A stretch of DNA of 64,000 bases from a virus (Duplodnaviria > Caudoviricetes), in IMG/VR virus record IMGVR_UViG_3300047160_036266, positions 96,001 to 160,000 of that record. One strand, written 5' to 3'. The position numbers were made by a program, and so were the translations under genes. The stretch's first letter is position 1; each line of letters starts with the position of its first letter. The notes under the pieces were generated by a model. That model was not told the DNA's origin and did no database searches. It was given only the letters and a program-made list of their open reading frames with translations. Positions 42,361 to 52,400 of the stretch are shown here, in pieces.

Positions 42361-44391
42361 ATGCGGAACCTTCACTTCAAGTACGCCAAAGCAGAGAACT
42401 TTATTTGCTTCGGCCCGGAACCCATCGAACTGAAATTCGAGACACTTGGCAACATCGTCCTGGTCCGGGGCCGTATCCTCGACCGGCAGCAGGATAGCGA
42501 GGAGGACGATGATAAAGCGTCCTGCAACGGCGTCGGCAAGTCTTCGATCCCCGAAATCCTCACTTATGCCCTTTACGGGAAGACGATAAAGAAGCCCAAG
42601 AAAATCGGGCACAAGGACGTTATCAACAACAAATGCACCGGCAAATTGCGGGTGGAGGTCCAGTGGGACGACTACCGGGTGGTGCGCACGCGCGTCCTGG
42701 GCAAGACGGGGAAGGACAGCGGCACCATTCAGTTCTGGGAAAGCTCGGAGGGCATCTGGAACGACGACACGGAAAAAACCTTGGGTGGGATGCCGGCTAC
42801 CCAAAAACTCATCGAGGAAAAGATTGGCCTCTCTTACGAGGCGTTCGTCAACGTCGTTATCTTCACCGATGACTCCAATGCCGCCTTCCTTGAATGCGAC
42901 ACCGGGGAGAAGCGGCAGATCGTTGAGAACCTGTTATCCCTGGAGAAGTACCGGGATTATGGGGAAACGGCCAAGCGCCTCCTCAAAGAATCCAATAACA
43001 GCGTGAAGGTGCTGGCCAAGGAATATGAATTGCTGCTGGCAAGCAAGGACACCACCGAGCGCCGGGTCGGGCAGATCAGGAGTCAAGAAAAGCAGTGGAA
43101 GGATAACCGCCTGGCGGAAATAAAGGGCCTGTTTGACCAGGCCAAAGCCAAGAAAGTCCAACTGGAAAGCACGGACGAAGGATCGGCGCTGCTCCAGTAT
43201 CAGGAAGCCCAGGATAAAATCAAGGTACTCAGCGAGGAAATAACCGAGTACGAGGGGAAGGCCCAGGTGGCAAGCGACCACCTAAAAAAGACCCATGCTG
43301 CCCTTAACCTCCTGCGGGATGGGCGAAACGCTAAAGCCATTGAACTTCAGACCGCCAAGCTCGCCATTGCCGCCCAGGAAAAGGAGATTGCCGCTAAGGA
43401 GCGGGCCGTTCGGGAACTCCAGGGGAAGCAAGGAACCTGCCCCTGGTGCTACGGCCAGGTCGATCCGGCCAACTTTGCTCATGTCATCGAACATGCCCAG
43501 CAAGCCCAGGAGGAGGCTCGCCAGGCCATCGTCGGTTTCAAGGATGAGATGGCCGGCTTCAACGAAAGTATCGCCAAATACGACGAGAAGATCGAACGGT
43601 GTCATGCCGTTATAAGCGATGCCGAAACCAAAGCCCAGCGGATTCAGACTAAATTGCGGGAGAACCGCAATCAGATTCACGCCTTTTCCCAGGTGCGCGA
43701 ACCGAAGGCTAATAGCGCCCAATTACTCTTGGAGCAGCAGATCGCTGACCTGCGCAAGCAGGCGGCGGATAAGAACGCCGAACTGGAGGGGCCTTCCCCA
43801 TACGCCGAGATATTGAAGTCCTCGCTGGACGATATTGATAAGGCGACCGCCGCCTGCGTGGCCAAGGACGCCCAGATCAAGGAGGAGGAAGCCTCGCAGC
43901 CTTACTACACCTACTGGCTCAAAGCGTTTGGCGACGATGGCATTCGCAAGTTCGTCATTGACGGCATCATTCCAGCGCTGAACGCCCGCATCGAATATTG
44001 GCTCCAGTTTCTCATCGACAATAAGATCGAATTGGTATTCAACAACCAGTTGGACGAGAATATCCAGCGCAACCCGCCGGACGGCAACCCCTTCGTCTAC
44101 CACATGCTCAGCAAAGGTCAGCGGCAGCGCTTAAACCTGGCGGTGTCCCAGGCTTTTGCCTACGTTATGATGCTCAACTCTGGCACGTCGCCGTCCGTGG
44201 TCTTCCTCGATGAAGTGACCACCAATGTGGACCCGCAGGGCGTGCAGGGAGTTTATAATATGATCTGCGAACTGGCGAAGGACAAGCAGGTTTTTGTCAC
44301 CACTCATGACCATGATCTGCTCGGTATGCTTCATGGTTGTCAGACTATCAACCTGGAGATGCGGAACGGTATTACCACCCTCGCCAAGTAA
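42361..44391 (+). CDS. Recombination ATPase subunit (SbcC/Rad50, T4 gp46-like)
   Basis: NGVGKSS Walker A, coiled coil with CPWC hook, LSKGQRQRL signature, FLDE Walker B, TTH. Confidence 0.93.
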   Translation: MRNLHFKYAKAENFICFGPEPIELKFETLGNIVLVRGRILDRQQDSEEDDDKASCNGVGKSSIPEILTYALYGKTIKKPKKIGHKDVINNKCTGKLRVEVQWDDYRVVRTRVLGKTGKDSGTIQFWESSEGIWNDDTEKTLGGMPATQKLIEEKIGLSYEAFVNVVIFTDDSNAAFLECDTGEKRQIVENLLSLEKYRDYGETAKRLLKESNNSVKVLAKEYELLLASKDTTERRVGQIRSQEKQWKDNRLAEIKGLFDQAKAKKVQLESTDEGSALLQYQEAQDKIKVLSEEITEYEGKAQVASDHLKKTHAALNLLRDGRNAKAIELQTAKLAIAAQEKEIAAKERAVRELQGKQGTCPWCYGQVDPANFAHVIEHAQQAQEEARQAIVGFKDEMAGFNESIAKYDEKIERCHAVISDAETKAQRIQTKLRENRNQIHAFSQVREPKANSAQLLLEQQIADLRKQAADKNAELEGPSPYAEILKSSLDDIDKATAACVAKDAQIKEEEASQPYYTYWLKAFGDDGIRKFVIDGIIPALNARIEYWLQFLIDNKIELVFNNQLDENIQRNPPDGNPFVYHMLSKGQRQRLNLAVSQAFAYVMMLNSGTSPSVVFLDEVTTNVDPQGVQGVYNMICELAKDKQVFVTTHDHDLLGMLHGCQTINLEMRNGITTLAK

Positions 44392-44497
44392 TAATACCCC
44401 TCTCGGTGTAATAGCCGAATTTTTGGCGCTATTACACTTAGATACCTGCCCCTGAAGACGGGATCGTTGACTTTAAGTAGAAGAAAGAAGGGAGAAA

Positions 44498-46750
44498 ATG
44501 TCTATAAAGGCTTTACAAGATTACACTTACGTCAGTAAGTACGCCCGATATAACGCGAATGATCGGAAGCGGGAGTCATGGGTGGAGGCAGTGGAGCGGG
44601 TGAAGGAAATGCACCTGCGCAAGTACCCGCAGGTGCGACCTGAGATCGAGTGGGCGTTCGAGCAGGTCCGGTTGAAAAAGACGTTAGGAAGTCAGCGTGC
44701 TTTACAATTTGGCGGCACGCCAATCGAGCGGAAAAACGCCCGGATGTACAATTGCTGCGTTTCATTTTGCGACCGGATGCGCTTTTTCCAAGAATGTTTC
44801 TGGTTGCTCCTTTGCGGTTGCGGCACCGGCTTTTCAGTGCAAAAGCATCATGTCGCCAAGTTACCTGATTTTTCCAAGAACTTACTTACCAAGGGCAAGC
44901 GAACCTTCATTATTCCTGACACCATCGAGGGTTGGGCTGATGCCCTGGGGATATTGTTAGCGACCTACATGGCGCACCCGCAGTACCCGGAATGGGAAGG
45001 TTATGAGGCGGTCTTTGACTACACACGCATTCGTCCCGCCGGTTCCGATCTGGCTTCGGGTGTTGGCAAGGCCCCCGGTCATAAACCTTTGAAACGGTCC
45101 CTGGAAATCGTCCGCCAACTCCTCGACCAGCGGATTGGCGAGGGCTTTACCCGCCTGCGGCCCATCGACGCTTATGACATCGTGATGCACGCTTCTGATG
45201 CCGTGTTGTCTGGCGGCGTTAGACGCTCAGCGACGATCTGCCTGTTTTCGGCGGACGACATGGAGATGGCCACCGCCAAGACTGGCAACTGGTTTGCCGA
45301 GAATCCCCAGCGTGCCCGCTCAAATAATTCTGCTTTGTTATTGCGTGACAAGACCACGCGCAAGCAGTTCCTCAAGCTGATGGAGAGCGTCAAGGAGTTT
45401 GGCGAGCCGGGCTTTGTATGGAGCGACAGTACCGAGTTGGTAGTCAACCCCTGCGTGGAGATCGGCATGTGGCCGGTCCATTGGCTGACGGGGGAAACGG
45501 GCTGGCAAATGTGCAACCTGTGCGAGATCAATGGGCGAAAAATAAAGTGCAAGGAGGACTTCGCCCTCGCCGCCAAAGCGGCAGCTATTATTGGCACTCT
45601 CCAGGCCGGGTATACGGATTTTGATTACCTGGGGAAGACCAGCAAGGAGATCGTGGACCGGGAGGCGCTGCTGGGGGTATCAATTACGGGGATGATGGAC
45701 AACCCGGACATCATATTTGACCCGAAAACGCAGCGGGAGATGGCCAAATTGGTGTTGGACGTGAACGCCGAATTCGCCCCAAAAATCGGCGTCCGCCCAT
45801 GCGCCCGTGGCACCTGCGTCAAGCCAGCCGGCACGACATCCTGCATCCTGGGATGCGCCAGCGGCATTCACCCCCACCACGCCAAACGCTATTTCCGGCG
45901 GCAGCAGGCCAATTATATGGAGGCCCCCCTTCAGCACTTTAAGAAGTTCAATCCCAAGGCGGTGGAACCTTCGGTGTGGAGCGCCAACCAGACCGACGAG
46001 GTTATTACGTTCTGCGTGGAAGTGCCGGACGGCGCTCGCACCAAGAACCAGACCAACGCCATTACCCTGCTCAAATACGTCAAGTTGACGCAGCAAAATT
46101 GGGTCACGCACGGGAAGCGGGCCGAAGTCTGCACGCAGCCCTGGCTGACCCATAACGTCTCCAACACGATCAACGTCAAGCCGGAGGAGTGGGGGCCGGT
46201 GTCGGAGTTCATCTATGACAACCGCCAGTTTTTTGCCGGTATTGCGCTGCTGCCGCAGTCCGGCGACCTGGATTACAAGCAGGCTCCCATGTGCGTGGTC
46301 CACGACGCGAAGGAAATCGTCAAGACCTACGGTGAAGGGAGTCTTTTTGCTTCCGGGCTGATTGTTGACGGGCTGCGGGCCTTCGACAACGATCTGTGGG
46401 AAGCCTGCGATGCTGCCCAGGGGAAAGGAACGCCGGTCGAGGAGCCGGTGGAACCCGTGCGTTTGACGCCAACCTTTTCCGTGCCGGAGTTCAGCGAATG
46501 GAAGGCGGCGAAGGAGAAATACGAGGCGAAGCTCGACTGGATTCGACGGGCCAAGCAGTTTGCGCAACGGTATTTTGGCGACGACATTCGGCAGATGTCT
46601 TACTGCCTCAAGGAAGTCGCCAATTGGAAGCAGTGGTGCGACCTGAGCCGGGCGTATGTGGATGTACCCTGGCAGGAGATGGTGGAAGAGGAGGATAATA
46701 CCAAACCGATGCAGGAATGGGCCTGCGCTGGCGGCGCGTGCCAGATATAA
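44498..46750 (+). CDS. nrdJ: Class II (adenosylcobalamin-dependent) ribonucleotide reductase, monomeric type
   Basis: SQRALQFGG, YNCC, GCGTGFS, GGVRRSA, RARSNNS, NPCVEI, CNLCEI, TCVKPAGT. Confidence 0.92.
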   Translation: MSIKALQDYTYVSKYARYNANDRKRESWVEAVERVKEMHLRKYPQVRPEIEWAFEQVRLKKTLGSQRALQFGGTPIERKNARMYNCCVSFCDRMRFFQECFWLLLCGCGTGFSVQKHHVAKLPDFSKNLLTKGKRTFIIPDTIEGWADALGILLATYMAHPQYPEWEGYEAVFDYTRIRPAGSDLASGVGKAPGHKPLKRSLEIVRQLLDQRIGEGFTRLRPIDAYDIVMHASDAVLSGGVRRSATICLFSADDMEMATAKTGNWFAENPQRARSNNSALLLRDKTTRKQFLKLMESVKEFGEPGFVWSDSTELVVNPCVEIGMWPVHWLTGETGWQMCNLCEINGRKIKCKEDFALAAKAAAIIGTLQAGYTDFDYLGKTSKEIVDREALLGVSITGMMDNPDIIFDPKTQREMAKLVLDVNAEFAPKIGVRPCARGTCVKPAGTTSCILGCASGIHPHHAKRYFRRQQANYMEAPLQHFKKFNPKAVEPSVWSANQTDEVITFCVEVPDGARTKNQTNAITLLKYVKLTQQNWVTHGKRAEVCTQPWLTHNVSNTINVKPEEWGPVSEFIYDNRQFFAGIALLPQSGDLDYKQAPMCVVHDAKEIVKTYGEGSLFASGLIVDGLRAFDNDLWEACDAAQGKGTPVEEPVEPVRLTPTFSVPEFSEWKAAKEKYEAKLDWIRRAKQFAQRYFGDDIRQMSYCLKEVANWKQWCDLSRAYVDVPWQEMVEEEDNTKPMQEWACAGGACQI

Positions 46751-46839
46751 TGCGTAGCACCCGGCGGGTCTTCCTGCCGGGTGCTTTCGTTTGGTATACT
46801 ACTCTCATAGATAAGAGCGAAGCTTTTATGGGGGTGGTC

Positions 46840-48483
46840 ATGGGCAAGTACATTATCGTGGCGGGCGGCGTTATTTCGGGAACGGGAAAGGGAATTTCAG
46901 CCGCTTCGCTCGGTTTGCTTCTGAGCCTCCGTGGCCTCAAGATTCACCCAATCAAGTTCGATCCCTACCTGAACACCAACGCCGGCATTCTCGCGCCTCG
47001 TGAACACGGGGAGGTTTACTTGTGCGACGACGGCAGCGAGACGGACCTGGACCTGGGACACTATGAGCGCATTATCGGCTGTCCGGTATCGAGCAAGAAT
47101 ATCCTCACCAGCGGCACGGTCTACAAGGAACTCATTCAGGAGGAGGAGGAAGGTAAGTACCTGGGCCAGACGGTCCAGTTTATTCCCCACGTCACCGACA
47201 AGATTATGCACCGCATGACCGACTTAGGCAAGGAGGCCGACGTGGTGATTATCGAGATCGGCGGCACGGTGGGGGACATCGAGAGCGGCCCTTTCCTTGA
47301 GGCCGTCCGCCAGTTCAAGCAGCGCAACTGGAACGATGTCATGCTCATCCTGGTCGCCCCGATCCTGTGGATTCCGACGATCAAGGAGTTCAAGACCAAG
47401 CCGCTCCAGAAGGCTGTCCGGGAGCTTCAATCGTTCGGCCTGACGCCGGAAATCCTGCTCTGCCGTGTTGACCGTCCAATGTCTTCCAAAATCCTTGACA
47501 AAGTATCCAACCTGACCAACGTACCCCGTGCGGCGGTGTTCGAGGCCCCCGACGTGGAGACGATCTATCAGGTGCCCCTGGAGCTTTACAATCGCCACGT
47601 CGATGATCTGATTATTGACAAGTTCCACATGACCCGCAACGGCGTGCGCATTCACAAGTACCGGGAGTTGGTCGAGAAATATGTGGACGACAAGGAAATG
47701 TCCGAAGTGGAGATCGGCGTCCTGGGCAAGTACGACAATTGCTGCGAGGCGTACCTGTCCTTGAAGGAGGCCATCTACCATGCCGGCGTGTCGAACAACG
47801 TCCGCACCAAGATTCGCTGGATTGCCGCTGAGGAGTTGGAGAACGCCAAGGACATGCGTGGGGTCTGGAAGCACTTCGAGGGCTTGCACGGTGTCATCGT
47901 ACCGGGCGGTTTCGATGCGCGTGGCATCGAGGGCAAGATTCGGGGCATCAAATACGTCCGGGAGAAAAAGATACCTTTCCTGGGCATCTGTCTGGGCCTC
48001 CAATGTGCGGTCATTGAATATGCACGGAGCCGGGGGCTGGAGAAGGCCAACAGTGAGGAGTTCGACGCCAAGACGCAGCATCCGGTCATTCATTATGTCA
48101 AGGGCCAGGAAGGATTGACCAAGAAGAGCGCCACCATGCGCTTGGGAGCCTACGACTGTGAACTGGAGAAGGATTCCCTGGCGTTTGATCTTTACAAGAA
48201 GAAGACGATCAGCGAGCGGCATCGGCACCGTTACGAGGTCAATCCTTTTTACGCCGACAACCCGACGTTTTCGGAGAAGGGGCTGCGGGTGACGGGCCGG
48301 CACCCCAGCGGGCTTATTGAGATCATGGAGATGGACCGCAACGTGCATCCGTTCTTTATAGGGACGCAGGCGCACCCGGAGTTCAAGAGCCGACTAACGG
48401 CGGCTGCGCCGCTGTTCCAGGGTTTAGTCGCTGCCGCCGTGCAGCGCAAAGCGTTGGAGCCTGATAATGACTCAAAAGTATAG
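46840..48483 (+). CDS. pyrG: CTP synthase
   Basis: GGVISGTGKG, KFDPYLN, ETDLDLGHYER, EIGGTVGDIE, KTKPLQ, GICLGLQ, ERHRHRYE, QAHPEF. Confidence 0.97.
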   Translation: MGKYIIVAGGVISGTGKGISAASLGLLLSLRGLKIHPIKFDPYLNTNAGILAPREHGEVYLCDDGSETDLDLGHYERIIGCPVSSKNILTSGTVYKELIQEEEEGKYLGQTVQFIPHVTDKIMHRMTDLGKEADVVIIEIGGTVGDIESGPFLEAVRQFKQRNWNDVMLILVAPILWIPTIKEFKTKPLQKAVRELQSFGLTPEILLCRVDRPMSSKILDKVSNLTNVPRAAVFEAPDVETIYQVPLELYNRHVDDLIIDKFHMTRNGVRIHKYRELVEKYVDDKEMSEVEIGVLGKYDNCCEAYLSLKEAIYHAGVSNNVRTKIRWIAAEELENAKDMRGVWKHFEGLHGVIVPGGFDARGIEGKIRGIKYVREKKIPFLGICLGLQCAVIEYARSRGLEKANSEEFDAKTQHPVIHYVKGQEGLTKKSATMRLGAYDCELEKDSLAFDLYKKKTISERHRHRYEVNPFYADNPTFSEKGLRVTGRHPSGLIEIMEMDRNVHPFFIGTQAHPEFKSRLTAAAPLFQGLVAAAVQRKALEPDNDSKV

Positions 48484-48552
48484 AGGGTACTACTATTACG
48501 GTAGGCCCTTTGCTTGGTATTTCGACTGGAAAGGCCACTATATAAAGGTGTT

Positions 48553-49119
48553 ATGGATTTCAAGGAATTCTTATTGCTAGAGCAGAGGGCCTATCTGGGC
48601 CAGAAGGTTGGCGACATTTTGACCGCCATCCATGACCTGCGTGACGATGCCAAGAGCATGGGCAGTCGCAATCTGATAAAATACTCAGAGAAGGTCGTCA
48701 ATCAAATTCGACGCATCCTGCATCAGCATTGGCCCAGGGAAGAGATCAAACACCTGAAAGTGTTGCAGAAGGTGGCGGTGGCCTTGATGAAGGCCATTGA
48801 TGAGAAGGATGATCTGCCGGGGGTTGTATCCAGTGTGGCGCAAGAGTTGGAGAGGCTGAGTGGAAAGCTGGGCGTACCGATTCATCAATTGGGCACTCCC
48901 GATAAGAGGTCTGAGGGACCAGACGATGACAAGCAAGGAACTGCGCCTCCTCCTGAAAAGGAAAGTCCTGAACAACCTCCTGCCCCGCCTCCAGGCGGTG
49001 AGGGCGCTCCTCAGCCGGGCGGGATGCCTCCTGGTCAACCTGCCGCCCCGCCACCAGGAAGTGGACCTCCTGGTGGAGCGAGTCCTTTGGGCGCACCGCC
49101 GACGATGCCTACTACATAA
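48553..49119 (+). CDS. Hypothetical protein with capsid-targeting-like N-terminus and Pro-rich tail
   Basis: MDFKEFLLLE; TATATA 8 nt upstream. Confidence 0.6.
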   Translation: MDFKEFLLLEQRAYLGQKVGDILTAIHDLRDDAKSMGSRNLIKYSEKVVNQIRRILHQHWPREEIKHLKVLQKVAVALMKAIDEKDDLPGVVSSVAQELERLSGKLGVPIHQLGTPDKRSEGPDDDKQGTAPPPEKESPEQPPAPPPGGEGAPQPGGMPPGQPAAPPPGSGPPGGASPLGAPPTMPTT

Positions 49120-49143
49120 GCTCAGGCAATACGGAGTTGAATC

Positions 49144-50304
49144 GTGTGTGGAATTACAGGCTATTTGGGAGAATCCAAGAAACCCATAGCAACCTATCAA
49201 ATTATTACCAAGCTCTTTGAGAAAACCGAGAGCCGTGGCATGGATGCCGCCGGCTTTTGGGGAACCCAGGCCGGCAGGGATGGCAAGATCATATTCCATA
49301 AGGAACCGATCAAGGCCAGCCTGCTGGTCAAAAAGGAAATCTGGCGAAAGGTCGCCCGCCTCAATCCCAACCTGCTGCTTTGCCACGCTCGTGCGGCCTC
49401 CCAGGGCGTGGGCGAACCCTCGCACAACTTCAATAACCATCCCTTCGTCAGCCACAACCGCTTGATCGGCCTGGTCCACAACGGGCGCATCACCGACCAG
49501 GAATATCAGGCTCTCAAGCAGAAATACGAAGTGCTGTCGGAGTGCGACTCGGAAATCCTGCTCCGGGTGTTCGAGGGCGCAGAGAAATACAGCAGAAAGG
49601 CCAAAGAGGAGTTCCCGGATTTCAGCGCTCATATTGCTGCACGGTTCGCCGGCCTGCGGGATATTTTTTCCCTGGTGAACCAAGGACACATGGCGGTGGC
49701 CATCGGGGAGCGGCAGGATAACAGCCGCTTCCTGTGGCTGTTCCGCAATATCCATCGGTCCCTGTACCTCGTGGACATGCGCGAAACGCTGGGTCAGATT
49801 TTTTTCTGTTCCACCCCTGAAATATGGCAGGATGCAATCGGGGCCTGCGAAAGCGTTCATGCCTACATTGGCAAGAGCCACAAGATCATTGAAGTGCCGC
49901 CGGAGGAAATCTGGTTCTTCAAAATAACCAGCGATGCCCCTCAAGTCGAGAAAGTGCAGCGGTTCGACATCGCTAGGGACAACGACTATAAGCAGTGGGT
50001 TTATGACGGCGAGCGGCTGACGATTAACCGGCGCAACGCCGACGTGGAAGTTGTTTGCCGCCTGGACGAGAACGAGGACGTGATTAAGGGCGAGAAAAAC
50101 CCCAACCCACTGCCGGAGTATAATATCCATGAGTTCCAAACGTGGTGCCAGAAGATCAAGGAGAAGGTCAACGACATCGAGGCGCAAACCCTTATCATGA
50201 CCCAGGAGGGGTCACTGACCCTGAGCGACTTCAATGAGTTGATGCAGTCGTTGGAACACAACGAGCGGGACATGGAGGGAATTCTGAAACTGTTGGAGGG
50301 CTAG
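49144..50304 (+). CDS. Class II (Ntn) glutamine amidotransferase domain protein
   Basis: MCGITG, RGMDAAG, HARAAS, NNHPF, VHNGRI, CDSEI. Confidence 0.85.
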   Translation: MCGITGYLGESKKPIATYQIITKLFEKTESRGMDAAGFWGTQAGRDGKIIFHKEPIKASLLVKKEIWRKVARLNPNLLLCHARAASQGVGEPSHNFNNHPFVSHNRLIGLVHNGRITDQEYQALKQKYEVLSECDSEILLRVFEGAEKYSRKAKEEFPDFSAHIAARFAGLRDIFSLVNQGHMAVAIGERQDNSRFLWLFRNIHRSLYLVDMRETLGQIFFCSTPEIWQDAIGACESVHAYIGKSHKIIEVPPEEIWFFKITSDAPQVEKVQRFDIARDNDYKQWVYDGERLTINRRNADVEVVCRLDENEDVIKGEKNPNPLPEYNIHEFQTWCQKIKEKVNDIEAQTLIMTQEGSLTLSDFNELMQSLEHNERDMEGILKLLEG

Positions 50305-50853
50305 ATGAATGATGCTTATGACGATTATGACGTTGACGATATTCTTGTGACCAGGAGGAAGAAGGTGGATGGAGGCAAAAAGGGCAAGAGGACGGAACGC
50401 AATCTGGTGGGGGTGCTGACCAAGCGCTTTGGGGAGGGTTTTAGCCGCTCGCTGGGGTCCGGCAACCGCTGGGGCCAGGTGGCCCACCTGCCGAAGCACG
50501 CCAAGGACACGTTGACCGGCGACCTGTGCTGTCCCAAGGGCTTCAAATTCGTTATCGAGAGCAAGGGCGGCTACAGCGGCATCGACATTGATTCAATATT
50601 TGTGCGGGGCAATAGCGAACTGGACAAGTTTCTCAATCAAGTGAGCAAGGACGGCAAGCGCTGCAACCGCAAACCCATGCTCATGTGGAAGCGCGACCGC
50701 AAACCGTGGCTGGCGTTTGTCCATTCAGCGGAGATAAAGGGTCGGAGGTTCAAGTACAAGCTTAATTATGGCCGGTGGACCTGTGTGGCCCTGGAACACC
50801 TTCTCAAGCTCGAAGACTCGTTCTTTTTCGATCAGGATTCCGTGGGATCGTAG
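50305..50853 (+). CDS. Holliday junction resolvase (Hjc-type PD-(D/E)xK)
   Basis: GKKGKRTER, GDL, VIESKG. Confidence 0.75.
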   Translation: MNDAYDDYDVDDILVTRRKKVDGGKKGKRTERNLVGVLTKRFGEGFSRSLGSGNRWGQVAHLPKHAKDTLTGDLCCPKGFKFVIESKGGYSGIDIDSIFVRGNSELDKFLNQVSKDGKRCNRKPMLMWKRDRKPWLAFVHSAEIKGRRFKYKLNYGRWTCVALEHLLKLEDSFFFDQDSVGS

Positions 50854-52322
50854 CCCCAGACCTTTTTGAACCAGGCGGCTTCTGCGGCGTCCTTGGCTGC
50901 CTTCCGGGACTTCTTGCCGCCCAGGGCCATGCGCTGGGCGATAATCCGGCGGACGTGTTCGGGGTCCACTTCGAGGTCGCTGCCCGTGACGGCAGGGCCA
51001 AAATACTTGAGGGCGGATGGCTCCACACCCATCGTCTGGTCAAGGGGTCCGCCCTTCGGCCCCTTGTGGAAAGCGACGGCCCGTGCCGCAGGACTTCCGG
51101 CCTGACCCAGCCGGTACATTTTGTAGAACTGCTTCAGTGCTTCGTCGGGTTCCATTGGCAAGTGGGTGGCGCTGGCTCCCATGCCGACCCGGCCCTTAGC
51201 GAGTGGCACCATAACGCCGCCTGCATCCTTGCCGATTCCACGCTTCGGGATGGTGACGCCCTTCATCGAGGCATATTCGGGCGAGGACGGGTCGAGGGCA
51301 CCGCCCTGGTAATCGTAGTAACCCATGCCGTGCTTGGTAATCATGATGTACATGGATTCCACGAAGTCCACCCACACGTCCCATAACTGCTTCGTGCCAA
51401 TGCCCCGGCTTTGCAGCTTGTCCAGCAAGCCTGTATATTTCTTGACCTTGGCGGTGCGGCTCTTATCGCTGGCGGACTTGCCGATCTGCCAGGGGTCTTT
51501 TACGCCCCGCTTGGTGGGATCGCCAAACTCGCCGGCCAATTCCAGGTCCGGGAAGACCTTGGAGTAAATGTCGATGTTGTGCGTGTCGATGCAACCCGAC
51601 CGGCCCCAGAGTAACTGGACGATGAACCCGGCCTTGACGGGCTGGACGCCTGGGAGCTTGGTGAGCCGCTTTATCAGGGACACGTCATCCCCAGCGGCGG
51701 CGAGGCCGTTCAGTTCTTTGTAGAGGGCCTTGCGATTGGTCCAAATCTCAGATATTGTTTGGAACTTCCAGCCGCTTATGGTATGGGCCATCGCGTGGCG
51801 CTTTTCACCGAAGGAGTCCACGGCATGGGAAAGGTTTTGGGGCGTCCAGCCCTCCTTTTCTCTACCCGGAGGCCCATTGGGGAATCGCGTCAATATCATC
51901 ATCAGAACTTGGTAGTTGTCCCAATGCTTGGCGAAGGGGGTGTTGGCAGACAGGGGGGAAAACATCAAGACCTGGGCGAAGTTTTCGGGGCTGGCTTTCG
52001 CGTAATTTTTGATGGTTTCAATATGGCGGGCGTAGCCGCTCAGGGGCGTCACCGGACAGCTTTGGCCGATGGTTCTGCCCTGTTGTTCCGGCGCTTCGAC
52101 GGGACTGGCTTTTTGGATGCGCTGGCCGATCTTCTCTTCGGGGTCATCCGGGGCACCAAATAGGTCCGCCACACGGGTGAAGTCCTGGGAAGCCAGCTTC
52201 TTGCGGTCCTTGCGGCCTTCGAGGGCCAGTTCCTCAGCAATCACGGTCATTAAGGAGGAGAGGACGTACCCGCCAAAACCCTCGTCCAATGTCATGAACT
52301 CTTTGAAATCCCCACTTTGCAT
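50832..52322 (-). CDS. HhH DNA-glycosylase-fold protein with capsid-targeting-like N-terminus
   Basis: LTKLPGVQPVKAGF...CIDTHN (HhH Lys plus Asp); N-terminus DFKEFMTLDE; TAAATA 4 nt upstream. Confidence 0.55.
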   Translation of the reverse strand: MQSGDFKEFMTLDEGFGGYVLSSLMTVIAEELALEGRKDRKKLASQDFTRVADLFGAPDDPEEKIGQRIQKASPVEAPEQQGRTIGQSCPVTPLSGYARHIETIKNYAKASPENFAQVLMFSPLSANTPFAKHWDNYQVLMMILTRFPNGPPGREKEGWTPQNLSHAVDSFGEKRHAMAHTISGWKFQTISEIWTNRKALYKELNGLAAAGDDVSLIKRLTKLPGVQPVKAGFIVQLLWGRSGCIDTHNIDIYSKVFPDLELAGEFGDPTKRGVKDPWQIGKSASDKSRTAKVKKYTGLLDKLQSRGIGTKQLWDVWVDFVESMYIMITKHGMGYYDYQGGALDPSSPEYASMKGVTIPKRGIGKDAGGVMVPLAKGRVGMGASATHLPMEPDEALKQFYKMYRLGQAGSPAARAVAFHKGPKGGPLDQTMGVEPSALKYFGPAVTGSDLEVDPEHVRRIIAQRMALGGKKSRKAAKDAAEAAWFKKVWGYDPTES

Positions 52323-52350
52323 GAATTATTTAGGCGCATATTCGCAAAAT

Positions 52351-52383
52351 AAAACCGCCGGGCTGGTTGCCCGGCGGTTTTTT
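52351..52383. terminator. Bidirectional intrinsic terminator
   Basis: AAAACCGCCGGG-CTGGTTG-CCCGGCGGTTTTT. Confidence 0.75.
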
Positions 52384-52400
52384 ATTTCTCAGGGGGTTTC

